Origin: a virus | Taxonomy: Duplodnaviria > Caudoviricetes | Virus record (IMG/VR): IMGVR_UViG_3300037311_000073 | Span: 1 to 50,850 of that record | Reading direction: 5' to 3' (one strand) | Length of the DNA stretch: 50,850 nucleotides | Part shown: piece by piece, positions 20,147 to 32,300 of the stretch | Position numbering within the stretch: position 1 is the stretch's first letter | Layout: every line of letters begins with the position of its first letter | Program-made: the position numbers and the translations under genes | The notes under the pieces: model-generated | Seen by the model: only the letters and a program-made list of their open reading frames with translations | Databases searched by the model: none | Told to the model about the DNA's origin: nothing

Positions 20147-20698
20147 ATGAACGCGGCGCCGACGACAGAATCCATCCAGGTCGAGCCTTCAAAGCATCCG
20201 TTTCTGGTGGCCGACAACCTCGCGCCATTGGTGCTTGCGCTGGGTGACGACCTCGCGTGTTGGCCAGGTCAGAGAGGTGACTTGATGCGGCACCTCGAGC
20301 AGATCGAGGCCGACATGCTGCGCTACGAGCAGGCCGATATCCCACTTGAGCATCTGCTGCTGCCTGGGCTGTACGCCCGCAAGATCACGATCCCGGCCGA
20401 CTGCCGGCTGATCGGCAAGATCCAACTGCACCCGCATCTGAACGTGCTTCTCGAAGGCGACATCACGTTCATGGTCGACGGCGTGGTGCGCCGCGTGCAG
20501 GCTGGATGGAGCGGCGGGATCGCCGGTGGCACCAAGAAGATCGGCTACGCCCACGCCAAGAGCGTGTGGATGACCGTTCACCCGAACCCGGACCACGAGA
20601 CCGACATCCAGGTTCTGGAGCGCCGGATCGTGGCCGACAACTATGCCCAGTACCTGGAGCGCATGGCCAAGCCGGCGCTGGAAGGAGATCGACCATGA
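20147..20698 (+). CDS. Cupin-like phage protein
   Basis: HLLLPGLYARKITIPA..LIGKI..HPHLNVLLEG..GTKKIGYAH..VWMTVHPN; start uncertain. Confidence 0.75.
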   Translation: MNAAPTTESIQVEPSKHPFLVADNLAPLVLALGDDLACWPGQRGDLMRHLEQIEADMLRYEQADIPLEHLLLPGLYARKITIPADCRLIGKIQLHPHLNVLLEGDITFMVDGVVRRVQAGWSGGIAGGTKKIGYAHAKSVWMTVHPNPDHETDIQVLERRIVADNYAQYLERMAKPALEGDRP

Positions 20699-21870
20699 GT
20701 GTCGTTGCAGCAGCCATCATCGGCACCGCAGCCGTCAGCGCCTATTCGTCCAACCAGGCCGCCAAGAAGGCCCAGCAGGCATCGAACCGGCAGGCCGATG
20801 TGGGCGACGCCAGCGTGCAGCTCGGTCGCGACCAGTTCGACTGGTTCAAGACCGAGTACGAGCGGCAGGCGCCGGAGCGGGAGAAGCAGACCCAGCTCGC
20901 CAACCGCGTGTCCGAGTCGCAGATCGCCGGCATGGACTTCGCGACGGACGAGGCCAAGCGCCTGGCCGAGCGCAACCGCACGGTGTTCCAGCCGGTCGAG
21001 GACCGCATCGTCGCGGATGCTCAGACTTTCGACACCCCGAGCCGGCGCATGCAGGCTTCGGCCGAGGCGGCGGCCGACGTGGAAGCCGCGTTCGGCCGGG
21101 CGCAGCAGGCCAACCAGCGGACGATGCTGCGCATGGGCGTGACGCCTGGCGGCAGCGCGAGCGCGGCGCTGATGCAGGACGCGGCGCTCGAAAAGGCCAA
21201 GGCGGTGGCCGGCGCGTCCACCACGGCCGTGCGCAACGTCGAGCAGCAGGGCTACGCCCGGATGCAGGACGCGGCGGCGCTGGGCAAGGGGATGATCGGC
21301 AACCAGGCCACGCAGCAGCAGATCGCCTCGAACACGGGCGGGCAGGCGGTCAACAGCGGGCAGGCGGCGCTTGCGGCAAACGCCTCTGGTGCCGGGCTGA
21401 TGCAGACCGGGTTCCAAGGTGCCATGAGCGGGCTAAACCAGGGCGCGCAGCTCTACGGCCAGGCCGGCAGGTGGAACGAGGTCGCAGCCGGCCACAAGAA
21501 GGACGGTCTCATGGAGCTCAGCAGCGCGGCGGGCTACTTCATGGGCAGCGACAAGAACACCAAGTCCGACACCGGAAACGTCACCGACGGCAAGGCGGAA
21601 CTCGCCGAAGTCAACGCCACACCAGTCGAAACGAACTGGCAGTACGACCCGGCCAAGGGCGGCCCCAACGAAGGCGGGAAGCGCCGAACCGGACCAATGG
21701 CTCAGTCGGTGCGCAGGACCATGGGCGAGAAAACCGCCCCGGGCGGGCGCGTCATCGACTTGCGCGAGATGGGCGGCAAGCTCATGGCCTCTGTGCAGGC
21801 CCTTTCCGCCCAAGTCGAAGGGCTTGAGCGCCGAGTCGGGCGCATGTCTCATCAAGGAGCCGCAGCATGA
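20695..21870 (+). CDS. DNA-ejection/pilot-like protein with C-terminal S74 chaperone-like domain
   Basis: Hydrophobic N-terminus, A/Q/G-rich helical body, then SDKNTK...WQYD...GPMAQSV...IDL...LMASVQAL. Confidence 0.7.
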   Translation: MSVVAAAIIGTAAVSAYSSNQAAKKAQQASNRQADVGDASVQLGRDQFDWFKTEYERQAPEREKQTQLANRVSESQIAGMDFATDEAKRLAERNRTVFQPVEDRIVADAQTFDTPSRRMQASAEAAADVEAAFGRAQQANQRTMLRMGVTPGGSASAALMQDAALEKAKAVAGASTTAVRNVEQQGYARMQDAAALGKGMIGNQATQQQIASNTGGQAVNSGQAALAANASGAGLMQTGFQGAMSGLNQGAQLYGQAGRWNEVAAGHKKDGLMELSSAAGYFMGSDKNTKSDTGNVTDGKAELAEVNATPVETNWQYDPAKGGPNEGGKRRTGPMAQSVRRTMGEKTAPGGRVIDLREMGGKLMASVQALSAQVEGLERRVGRMSHQGAAA

Positions 21871-23378
21871 GTGTCTTCCGCGCCTTCGTGGGGGGCATGG
21901 AAGCCCGCAAGCAGCAGCAGCGGCAGGTGTTGGCCGACCAGGACGCCGAAGAAGAACGCCGGATCCGCCGAGAGGACCGCGATCACGTTCGTTCCGAGCG
22001 AGATCGTGCGCAGCAGGCGCGCGTTCGAATGGCCGACGCAGCAGCGCCAGTGACCGTACAGCCGGATCTGGCGCGGCCGGCGACCATGGACGACCGCGAT
22101 GTCGGACAGCCGGGTGAAGGCCCGCTCGAGCAGACTGGGTTCCGAGTGGGTGGCCAGCGCTTTGACAAGCGGGCTGCAGCCGACAGTGCTGCTGCGGCCG
22201 AAAACGCCCCGGAACGTCGAACCGCACGCATGGCCGATGCCATGGAACAGGCTGGCGACTGGAAAGGCGCCGCGGACATCCGGCAATCCGCCACGCAGCA
22301 AGCCGCATCGTCGCTGGCGCTGAAGCGTGCCCAGCAGCAGGACGATTTCGAGACCAAGTTCCGCGAGGCTGCCGGGCCGCTGGCGGCGCGGGGGTGGTCG
22401 GCGCTGCCGGAGGTCTACGAACGGTACGACAACGGCTTCAGTGCCCAGGTTCAAGAAGACGGCAAAGGCGGCGCCACGGTCATCACGCTGGACAAGGACG
22501 GCAAGGAGGTCGGGCGCAAGGCGTTCAAGTCGCTGCCGGACTTCGTGGGCGAGATGCAGGCCCGATTCGATCCGACGAAGTGGCTGGGCATGAAGGAGAA
22601 GGAAGCCGAGACCGCCCGGGTCCAAGTCAATGCGGACCGCGACTTCAACCTGCGCCAGAGCACCGAGCAGCGAAACGCCGCGCACCAGGCAGCGACGCTC
22701 AGCGTCCAGCGCGGCCAGCTCGCCATCTCACAGGCGGCCGAGGCGCGTCGCAAGGTCATCGAAGAGAACGAGGCCAAGATCCCGGTCGCTGTGAAGACCC
22801 TTTACGGCACCTACGCCCAGGAACTCAAGAGCATCGGCTCCGCCGTGACCAAGGCGATGGCCGAAGGAACGTGGAACCCGGAGTCGCCGTCAGCGCAGGC
22901 GCTGCTGATGCGCCAGCAACTCCTGACCAAGCAGTCCGGCGACTTGCTCAAGCCGTTTCTGCCGGCCGCGGCCGGCAGCGGCGGCGCTGCGTCGGCCGAC
23001 CCGCTCGGGCTGCTGGGCGGAGCTGGTGCTACCCCAGCAGCGCAGCCGGCCGCGCCAAGTGGCGTGCCTCGGCCACGGATGAGCACGCCAGCTGCAGCGC
23101 CGACCCAGGCACCGGTCGATCCGGCAGCGGTTCAAGGTCTCGTCCAAGCGGCGCAAGCCGCGTCGGCGGTCAGGGTGAAAGCCGAGCAAGCCTACCGCTC
23201 CTACGGGCTGCGCCAGCGGGCGACCGACCCCAAGGGCTTTGCCGAGGCCGAGCGTGCATGGAAAGAGGCCACGGCCGCCGAGGACGCCGCCCAGGCGCAG
23301 GCCACGGCCGCCAAACGCGCCGCCCAGGCGCAAGCGTGGGCAAGCCAGCCTCGCGTGGTTCCGATGGCGCAACCCTGA
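21867..23378 (+). CDS. Internal virion (ejection) protein
   Basis: 503 aa, A/Q/E/R-rich and helical; ATGA-coupled; between pilot-like and giant gene. Confidence 0.65.
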   Translation: MSVFRAFVGGMEARKQQQRQVLADQDAEEERRIRREDRDHVRSERDRAQQARVRMADAAAPVTVQPDLARPATMDDRDVGQPGEGPLEQTGFRVGGQRFDKRAAADSAAAAENAPERRTARMADAMEQAGDWKGAADIRQSATQQAASSLALKRAQQQDDFETKFREAAGPLAARGWSALPEVYERYDNGFSAQVQEDGKGGATVITLDKDGKEVGRKAFKSLPDFVGEMQARFDPTKWLGMKEKEAETARVQVNADRDFNLRQSTEQRNAAHQAATLSVQRGQLAISQAAEARRKVIEENEAKIPVAVKTLYGTYAQELKSIGSAVTKAMAEGTWNPESPSAQALLMRQQLLTKQSGDLLKPFLPAAAGSGGAASADPLGLLGGAGATPAAQPAAPSGVPRPRMSTPAAAPTQAPVDPAAVQGLVQAAQAASAVRVKAEQAYRSYGLRQRATDPKGFAEAERAWKEATAAEDAAQAQATAAKRAAQAQAWASQPRVVPMAQP

Positions 23379-23393
23379 CCCACAGCCAACACC

Positions 23394-26300
23394 ATGCCGA
23401 CGTTGACCGATCTCCGGGCGACGATGCCCGAACTGGCCGGACTGGATGACCAGCACGCGGTCAAGCTGATCCACCAGCTCTACTACCCGCAGCAAGACCC
23501 AGCGCGCATCGCCGGACTGCTTGGCGTGAAGCCGGCCGCGCCGCCGAAGCCCGAGCGCAGCCTGCTGCGCGCCAGCGCCGATGTTGGGCTTTCGGCTCTC
23601 CGCGGCGTCGGCACCGGCGTCCGCATGCTCACCGACGTGGCTGGCGCCGACAACGTGGCTTCGGGAGCGCTGCGGTCGGTGGACGACTACCTTCGCAGCC
23701 TTCAGAGCGCGACGGCCAACGCCAACGAGGCCGAGGTCGCGCGGCTGCTGAAGGAAGCCGAAGGCCAGGGCGTGCTCGACCAGGTGGTGGCTGGTGCAAA
23801 GGCTTTCGCGGTCGATCCGGTGTCGATGCTGGCCAACGCGGTCGGAACCGCCGTACCAACGCTCGCGGCCGGTGCTGTCGGTGCAGCCGCTCGAGTGGGC
23901 GCCGTGGGGGCTGCCGCTGCATCTGGCGGTGTCGGCGCGGCGCAGGGCGTCGGGGCGGTCAAGGGATCGATCTACGACACCGTGAAACAGGAACTGCGCG
24001 CAGCGGGCGCCAGCGAACAGGAAGCGGAGGATCGCGCGGTCCGGGCGCAGGAGTACAGCAGCGCGAACGCCGGACAGATCGCTGTCGGCGGCGCTCTCGG
24101 TGCATTGGCCGGTTCAACCGGTGCTGAGCGCATCGTCGCCAGCATGCGCGGAGCGGCCGGCACCGGTCCGGCGCGTGGCGCCTTGGCGCGCATGGCGACC
24201 GGGGCCGTCACCGAAGCCGTACCGGAGGCGCTGCAGGCCGGCCAAGAAAAGTTCGCGACCAACACGGCTCTCAACAACGAAGGGTTCCAGGTTTCGCCGA
24301 TGTCCGGCGTGGCGGCGAACATGACGGTCGAGGGTCTGGCCGGTGCCGGCGTTGGCGGATCGTTTGGCCTGGCGAACCGCAGTGCAGGCGACGCGATCCG
24401 GGCGACCAAACTGCCGGAGTCAGGGGCGGTTTCCAAGGCGCTGAACGCGGGCACAGAAGAAGCCGCCCAGGTCGCCGATGCCGAAGAGGCTGCTGTCGTT
24501 CAGGCCCACGCCCAGACCCGACGCCAGCAGGCCGCCCCAATGGCCGCCGCCCTTGGTCGCTTGGGCGACGCGGATCGCACCGAGGCATTGAATGCACTGG
24601 CTGTCGCCGACAACATGCAAGCACCGCCAGCAGTGCGGCGGCGCGCTCAGAACAGGCTGGATGTGCTGATGGCGCTGGCCGAGACGCCAGCCGCAGCAGC
24701 GGATGTGGCGCCAGAAGCACCCGACGCCGAGTCCCTCGTGGCGCCGGCGTCTGTTCCAGAAACCGATGTGGCTGCCGCAGCGGAACCGTCGCAGCCCACG
24801 GAAGCGCAAGCGCCGCCGATCACAGGCCAACCGCGGCCCCAGTACCCCGACCCACTTCCAGGCGAGAGGGTCTACAGCAGTATGGACGTGGCGATGCGCG
24901 TCAAGGCGCGCTCGGGCGAAGGTGCGGAGCTGGTGCGGGTGGTGGGCGGCCTGGCGGTGCGCAAGACCGACCACAAGACCGGCGAAGTGACGATTCCGGC
25001 CAGCACCGCCGAACCTGCCGAACTGCCCGGCGTCGAGCCGGCGCCGCCCGCACCTGCCGATCCGCCAGCGCTTCCCGACGACACACTCAACCGCGCCGGC
25101 AACCCATTCACGCACCGGGGCGCCGCGGCCAACCGCATGCGCGAACTCGGCGACGGATGGACCACCGCCAAGGTGCAGGGAGGGTTTGCCGTTCGTCGCC
25201 TGAGTGCCGTGAGTGCCCCGGTCGATGCGTCGGCGCAGCAAGCCGCGACAAGCCCGACCAACGACCTGTTTGAGCCGACCGACGGTCAGAAGAAGGCGGG
25301 GAACTACAAACTCGGGCATCACCGGGTGTCCGGGCTGGATCTGTCGATCGAGAACCCGGCAGGAAGCGTGCGCCGCGGCACCGACCGGGATGGAAAGGCG
25401 TGGGAAAACACCCTTCAGCATCACTACGGCTACATCAAAGGCTCGAGGGGCGCCGACAAGGATCACGTCGACGTATTCGTGAAGCCAGGCACCGCCGACG
25501 AGTGGGCCGGGACGGTGTTTGTGGTGGACCAGGTCCACCCGGACACCGGCAAGTTCGACGAGCACAAAGCCTTGATCGGTTTCGACACCATCGACGAGGC
25601 CAAGGCCGCCTACGCCGCGAACTACGCCAAGGGCTGGAAGGGCCTGAAGGCCATCAGCGCCATGCCGGCGAACGAGTTTCGGACCTGGGCACTGTCGGAC
25701 GCGCCGGCGAGGGGCCCACTGGTCAAGAAGCAACCGACGCTGATGGACAAGATGACCGAGGAGGCGGGTGGGCCGCTTACCTTCGGCGACATCAAGCGCA
25801 TGAATGCCGAAGCAGACCTGGAACCGCCCGCAGCAGCCCCGGTCACGCAGCCGCCTGTGAAGGCAGAGACGGTTGCCACGCCGGTGGCCACCGCACCAAC
25901 GGCACCTCCAGCCAACGACGCCGACAGCGGTGCCGCCGAGCGCGAAGCGGTGTCGTCGTGGGCCAGCGCGCCGGCCGAGCAGCGCCAGCAATGGCTTCTT
26001 GAGGCTGGCTGGAAGAAGGGCAGCCCAGGGTTGGCCGCGATGGAGGACAAGCCGTGGACAGGCATGACGCCAAGCCAGCGTAGCCGCGTCCGGGCAGCGA
26101 TTGAGGCTTCGGAGAAGCGGCGCGTGGAGTCCTGGGGCAAGCCTCAGCGACATCCCGCCGCCGAACCGGAACCCAAGCCCCGCAAGGTGCCGGTGCCGGT
26201 GCAGCGCGCCGCCGCCGAGCGCGAGGCCAAGCGCGCCGCGTACTTCACCTCGGGCAACGTGGTCGAAGGCTACGGCGGCTTCGACGAGGTGCTCGAGTAC

Positions 26301-29300
26301 CGCCCGCCTGGCGAGGACGGCCGCGGGTGGGCCGTCAAGGTGCATGGTGTGGTCAAGGGGCAGGCCAGCGGCCAGTGGGTGCGCGTGGGCAAGCCGCAGG
26401 ACGCGCGCTGGCACTCCACCGAGCCGGAGGCTCGCAACTTCGCCAAGGGCCCGGTCGCACAGCTCACGCACGTGCCAGGCGAACTGGTTTCGTACACCGA
26501 GGGCCGTGTTGACGGCCGGCCGTTCCCGAACGCGCCAGACCGTGGTGTGAAGGCGGCTGAGCCGGTATCACAGCCAAAAGAGGAAGCATCTGCGACTTCC
26601 CAGGCGCTGGTATCACAGCCCAATCCGGCGCCAGCGCCGACCCCCGCCCCGGCGCCAGCGCCGACGCCCAGCGCCAACACCATCTTCACCGACGACGCTG
26701 CCGCCGCAGCCCGCGCCCGCTTGAAGGCCAAGCTCGGCCGCCTGAACAGCGGCATCGACCCCGAGATGCTGATGGACGGCATCACCCTGGCCGGCTACCA
26801 CATCGAGAAGGGCGCACGCACATTCGCGGGCTACGCGAAGGCGATGGTCGCCGATCTGGGCGATGCCGTGAAGCCGTACCTCCAGAGCTGGTACATGGCG
26901 GTTCGCAGCGACCCGCGCGCCGCGGAGTTCAGGGCCGGGATGGACAAGGCCAGCGCAGTCGAAGACATGACAGCGGCCGACATCGACGCCGTTCTGGAAG
27001 AAGCGCAGAATGCGGCTCAGGAGCCCGACGATGGAAATGCAGCGCGCCCACTGGATCGCCCAGGCCAACGAGCATTGGAAGGAGCACCAGCCGACCCGGT
27101 ACAAGCGCCTGACGCAGGCCGGGACGCTGGGCGCAGCCCTGAAGGAAGCAGCAGCGCAGACGGAGGCCGATCTGGAAGCGCTGAAGGGACAGGTGGACCC
27201 GATCGCGGCGTGGGAGATGGTGCGGGAGCGCCACCTGTTCCCGCCCGAGGAGAAAGGCGCAAGCCCCGAGGAGAGTCCAAGCCAAGGGCTGGCCGCAATG
27301 CGCGACCTGACGCAGACCCTGGGCTCTTTGGTGACGGAGCCGGACCCGATCCGCAAGAGCTGACCGCCCCCAACGTGGCGCCGCCGGCCCCGCCGGCCTT
27401 CACGCCCGTAGATTTCGAGATCGCCGACGACCTCGCGCTGGGCGAAGGTGGGCAAAAAGCCAAGTACCGCGGCAATGTCGAGGCCATCCGCCTCCTGCGC
27501 GACCTGGACGCCACCGGCCGCACCGCCACGCAGGCCGAGCAGCGAGTGCTGGCCCGTTACGTCGGCTGGGGTGGCATTGCCCAGGCTTTCGATGCCGGCA
27601 ACCGGGACTGGGCGCGTGAGCACGCTGAACTCAAGGAGTTGCTGACGCCCGAGGAGTGGGCAAAGGCCAACGAGAGCACTCAGTACGCGCACTACACCTC
27701 GCGCGAGGTCATCGGAGGCATCTACGAGGCCCTGGCCCGCATGGGTTTCACTGGCGGCAAGATCCTCGAGCCCGGCAGCGGGGTGGGGAACTTCGTGGGC
27801 CTGATGCCGGCCACTCTGCGCACGTCCAGCCGATTCACGGGCGTGGAGCGCGAAGCCATCGCTGTCGGCATCGCCAAGCACCTGTACCCGCAGCAGAACA
27901 TCCAGCGCGCGGACTTCACGGAGTTCATCGGAAACGATGGGTTCTTCGACCTGGCCATCGGCAACCCGCCTTTCGCGCGCAACCCGCTGACGGACAAGTC
28001 GGGCCGCAAGCACTTGACGGGCCTGTCGGTCCACAACTACTTCTTCGCCAAGGCCGTGGACATGCTGCGCGAGGGCGGCATCTTGGCGCAAGTGGTGTCC
28101 AACTCGTTCTTGGATGCCAAGCGCGACACCGCGCGCCGGTACATCGCCGATCGCACCGAGTTCCTGGGTGCCATCCGCCTGCCCAACAACGCCTTCGCCA
28201 AGAACGCGAACACCGAAGTCACGACCGACATCGTGTTCCTGCGCAAACTGCCCGAGAGCGAGTGGGGCAGCCGCAGCGGCAAAGAGAACCGCGATCGCTG
28301 GCTTGACACCCAGAACATCACCGACCCGAACGGCGGCGACGACATCCCGGTGAACCGCTACTTCGCGGAGAACCCAGAGATGATGCTGGGCCAGATGGGC
28401 CGCTTCGGCACCATGTACGGCCCCGGTCAACCCGCCCTGGTGGCCAAGCCGGGCCAGGACACGGCCGCGCTGCTGAAAGCCGCCATCGCGCGCCTGCCGG
28501 CGGACGTCTACATCGCTCGGGCCGTGGCCAACACCGCCGCCATGGGCGACGCTGCCATCGTGGCGCTGCGCGATCCAAAGGTGCAGGAGGGCGGCTACTA
28601 CGTGGAGGGCGGCAAGCTCTACCAGCGCCAGCAGGACATCGCAGGCGAGGCGCGTGCCGTCGAACTCACGCCGGACAGCCAGTGGACCGAGAAGACCAAG
28701 CTGGGCGAGGAAGGTTTCACGCGAATCAAGTTGCTGGCCGGGCTGCGGCAGACGCTGCGCGACCTGCTGGCCGCCGAACTGGCCGACGCCAAGGACATCG
28801 CGGCGCTGCGCAGTGGCTTGAACGAGGAGTACGACGCCTACGTCGCCAAGCACGGCCTCATCAACGACAAGCCAAGCGCCAGGGTGTTCGATGACGACCC
28901 CGACTACCCGCTGTTGGCGTCGCTGGAGCACGGATTCACGCCGGGCATCACGCTGGCGGCTGCGAAGAAGATGGGCGTCAAGCCGATGCCTGCCACGGCA
29001 AAGAAGGGTCCGATCTTCAGCGCGCGAGTGATCGAGAAGCGCACCGCACCCAGTCGCGCCGAAAGCCCGGCCGACGCGCTGAACATCAGCATGGCCGAGC
29101 GCGGCCGTATCGACGCCAGCTACATCGGCGAGCTGCTGGGACGCGATGGCGACGAGGCTCTGCGCGAGATGAGCCAAGGCGCGAAGCCGCTGCTGTTCAT
29201 GGACCCGGCCAGCAACGAGTACGTGCTGCGGGATGCCTATCTGTCGGGCAACGTGCGCGCGAAGCTCGCGCAGGCTCGCCAGGCCGGCATGATGAACAAC

Positions 29301-32300
29301 GCCCGTGCGCTGGAGGACGTGCAGCCGCCGGACGTGAGCGCGGGCGAAATCTCGGTTCGCGTGGGATCGCCATGGGTGCCTGCTTTCATCTACGAAGACT
29401 TCGCGCGCCACCTGTTCGGAGAAGGCACCAAAGCCACGTTCACTTACGTCAAGGCCAACTCGTCGTACATGGCGACGCTCCGGGCCGGCTCTGACGTGGC
29501 CGACTCCACGACGTGGGGGACGAAGGACTACCCCGGTACGCAGATCCTGACCTCGCTGATGAACAACCGCGAGATCAAGGTGATGTATCTCGACGAGAAC
29601 AAGAGCTTGAAGGTCCACCGCGAAGCCACCGAGGCCGCGAACCAGAAGGCCACCGAGGTCAAGCAGGCGTTCAGCGACTGGGCTTTCTCGGACGCCGACC
29701 GCGCCGACGTTCTGGCTCGCGCCTACAACGAGGCGAACAACAACTACGTGACGCGCGCCTTCGACGGCGGCTACATGCAGTTCCCGGGCAAGGTTCCCGA
29801 CGCGATCATCAAGTTCCGCCGCCACCAACGCAATGCCATCGCGCGCATCGTGCAGGACCGGACTGCGCTGCTGGACCACGTGGTCGGCGCCGGCAAGACG
29901 TTCACGGTGATCTCCGCAGCGATGGAACTCAAGCGCACGGGCCTGTCCAACAAGCCGCTGATCGTGGTCCCCAACCACTTGGTCAAGCAGTGGGCGGCTG
30001 ACTTCTATCGGCTGTACCCGGGCGCCAACATCTTGACCGCCACGAAGAAGGACTTCGAGAAGGTCAATCGCCGCCGGTTCCTGGCCAAGATCGCCACCGG
30101 CAACTGGGACGCCGTGATCATGGCGCACTCGTCGTTCGGCTTCGTCAAGCCGGCGTCGGAGTTCGAGGCGCAGTTCAACGAGAAGCAAGTCGAGAACGTC
30201 CTGGCGACCATCCAGGCCGTGGAGGATGGCGATGGCGACGCCATGGCCAAGAAGCGCACGGTCAAGCAACTGGCCGCGCTGAAGGAGCGCCTGGAGAACC
30301 GCATCGACGCGCTGCGCCAGAAGCCGATCGACGCGCTGTTGGACTTCAAGGAGATCGGCGTCGATCAACTGTTCGTGGACGAGGCGCACCTGTTCAAGAA
30401 CCTGATGTTCACGACCAAGATGCAGAACGTCAGGGGCCTGGGCGACTCGGCCGGCTCGCAGCGCGCCTACGACCTGTTCATCAAGGCCAACCAGCTCTAC
30501 GCGCAGAACGGCCGCGGCCAAGGCGTGGTGTTCGCCACGGGTACTCCGGTATCGAACTCGCTGGCCGAGATGTACCACATGATGCGGTACTTGATGCCGC
30601 AGGCGCTGCAAGACGGCGGGTTCGAGTCGTTCGACGCATGGGCCAACACCTTCGCCTCGGTCGAGCAGGTCTGGATGCAGAAGATTTCGGCGGACGGCTT
30701 CAAGGCCGACAACCGCATGAGCAACTTCGTGAACACCCACGAGCTGCTCAAGATGTTCGACCAGGTTGCGGACACCGTGACCATGGACGACATCAAGCGG
30801 GCCTACACCGACGAGAACAACGGCGCCGAGTTCCCGCTGCCCAAGCTGAAGAACGGCCGCCGGCAGCCGGTGTCGTTGGTCAAGAGCCCTGCGCAGGAAG
30901 CCTACATGGCCGACGTAGCGGCTCGCGCCGCGGCCATCGAAGGCAAGCGCACCAATGAGAAGGGCATGGACAACGCCCTGAAGATCATGGGCGACGCGCG
31001 CAAGGCCGCCATGGACATCCGGCTGGTGGACATGGAGCGCACCGAGCGGGAGAAGGGCGGTCGCATCGACCGCGCCGCCGAAGAGATCGAAGCGCGTTAC
31101 CGCCAGTACGCCGACGTGAAGGGCACGCAACTTGTCTTCTCCGACTTGGGCACTCCGATCAAGCACGCCAAGGCCGAGATGAAGGAGTGGGAGGCGCTCC
31201 AAGAACGCATCGGGAAGGCGGTGGACCCGGAGATCGTGACGGCCGCCAACTTGGGCAACGAAGCTGCCATGAAGGCGGTGGAGGACGCCGAGGACGCCCA
31301 GCGCGAGATGGACGAGAAGGGCGCCGACTGGCTGGATGCGGTCAAGGCCGCGCTGCGCGGCTTCTCGGTGTACGACGACCTCCGCACAGCGTTGGTGGAG
31401 CGAGGAATCCCCGAGTCGGAGATCGCGTTCATCCACGACTACAACACTGACGAGCAGAAACTGAGCCTGTTCCGCAAGGTCAACACAGGCGAGATCCGCG
31501 TGCTGATGGGCTCCACGCCGAAACTCGGCGCTGGCACCAACGTGCAAGAGCGCCTGGTGGCGCTGCATCACCTGGACGTGCCGTGGAAGCCCAGCGACGT
31601 TGAGCAGCGCGAGGGCCGCATCATCCGCCAGGGCAACATGCTGATGAACACGCTGCCCGGCTTCGAGGTGGAGATCCTGGCCTACGTGACGCAGGACACC
31701 CTGGACATGCGGATGTGGCAGGTCCAAGAGACGAAGCTGAAGATGATCAACCAGCTTCGCACGCGTCAGATCGGCCGTGAGATCGACAACGCCTTTGAGG
31801 ACATGGAGATGTCTGCGGGCGAGATGCAGGCCGCGGCCACCGGCAACATGGACCTGCTGAAAGAGATCCAGCTCCGAACCGACGTGAAGAAGTTGGAGCA
31901 GGCCAAGCGCAGCTACGACGCGCAACGCAACGACCTGGCATCGCGCAAGAAGCGGGCTGAGGAAGCTGTCGCCGCTCTCCCGAGAAAGATCGAGAAGGCC
32001 GAGCGGATGGCAGCCGCGTCAAAGGCGTACATCAACGAGCAGCAGGCCCCGGCTGCGGCTTTCAGGGTCGAGATCGACGGCACGACTTACACCGATGCCA
32101 AGAAGGCCGGTGCCGTGCTTCAAGCGGTCGTGGACGCCAAGCAGTACGTCAAGAAGGGCTCGGATCAAGTCCTGACGCCTGAGCAGTACCAGTCGCTGGC
32201 CGAAGAAGAACGCTCCGCCGGCAACGGTTGGACCGAGCGCCCGGTGCCGCTGAAACTGGTGATGGACGGAAAAACCTACACCGCGCGTGCGGCCCTGGGC

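Noticed and set aside
26613-31925. 1770-aa antisense ORF (also 3705-6725 and 32019-34844)
   Set aside because: Shadow frames of high-GC genes with strong codon bias; no motifs; each lies opposite a well-supported gene.
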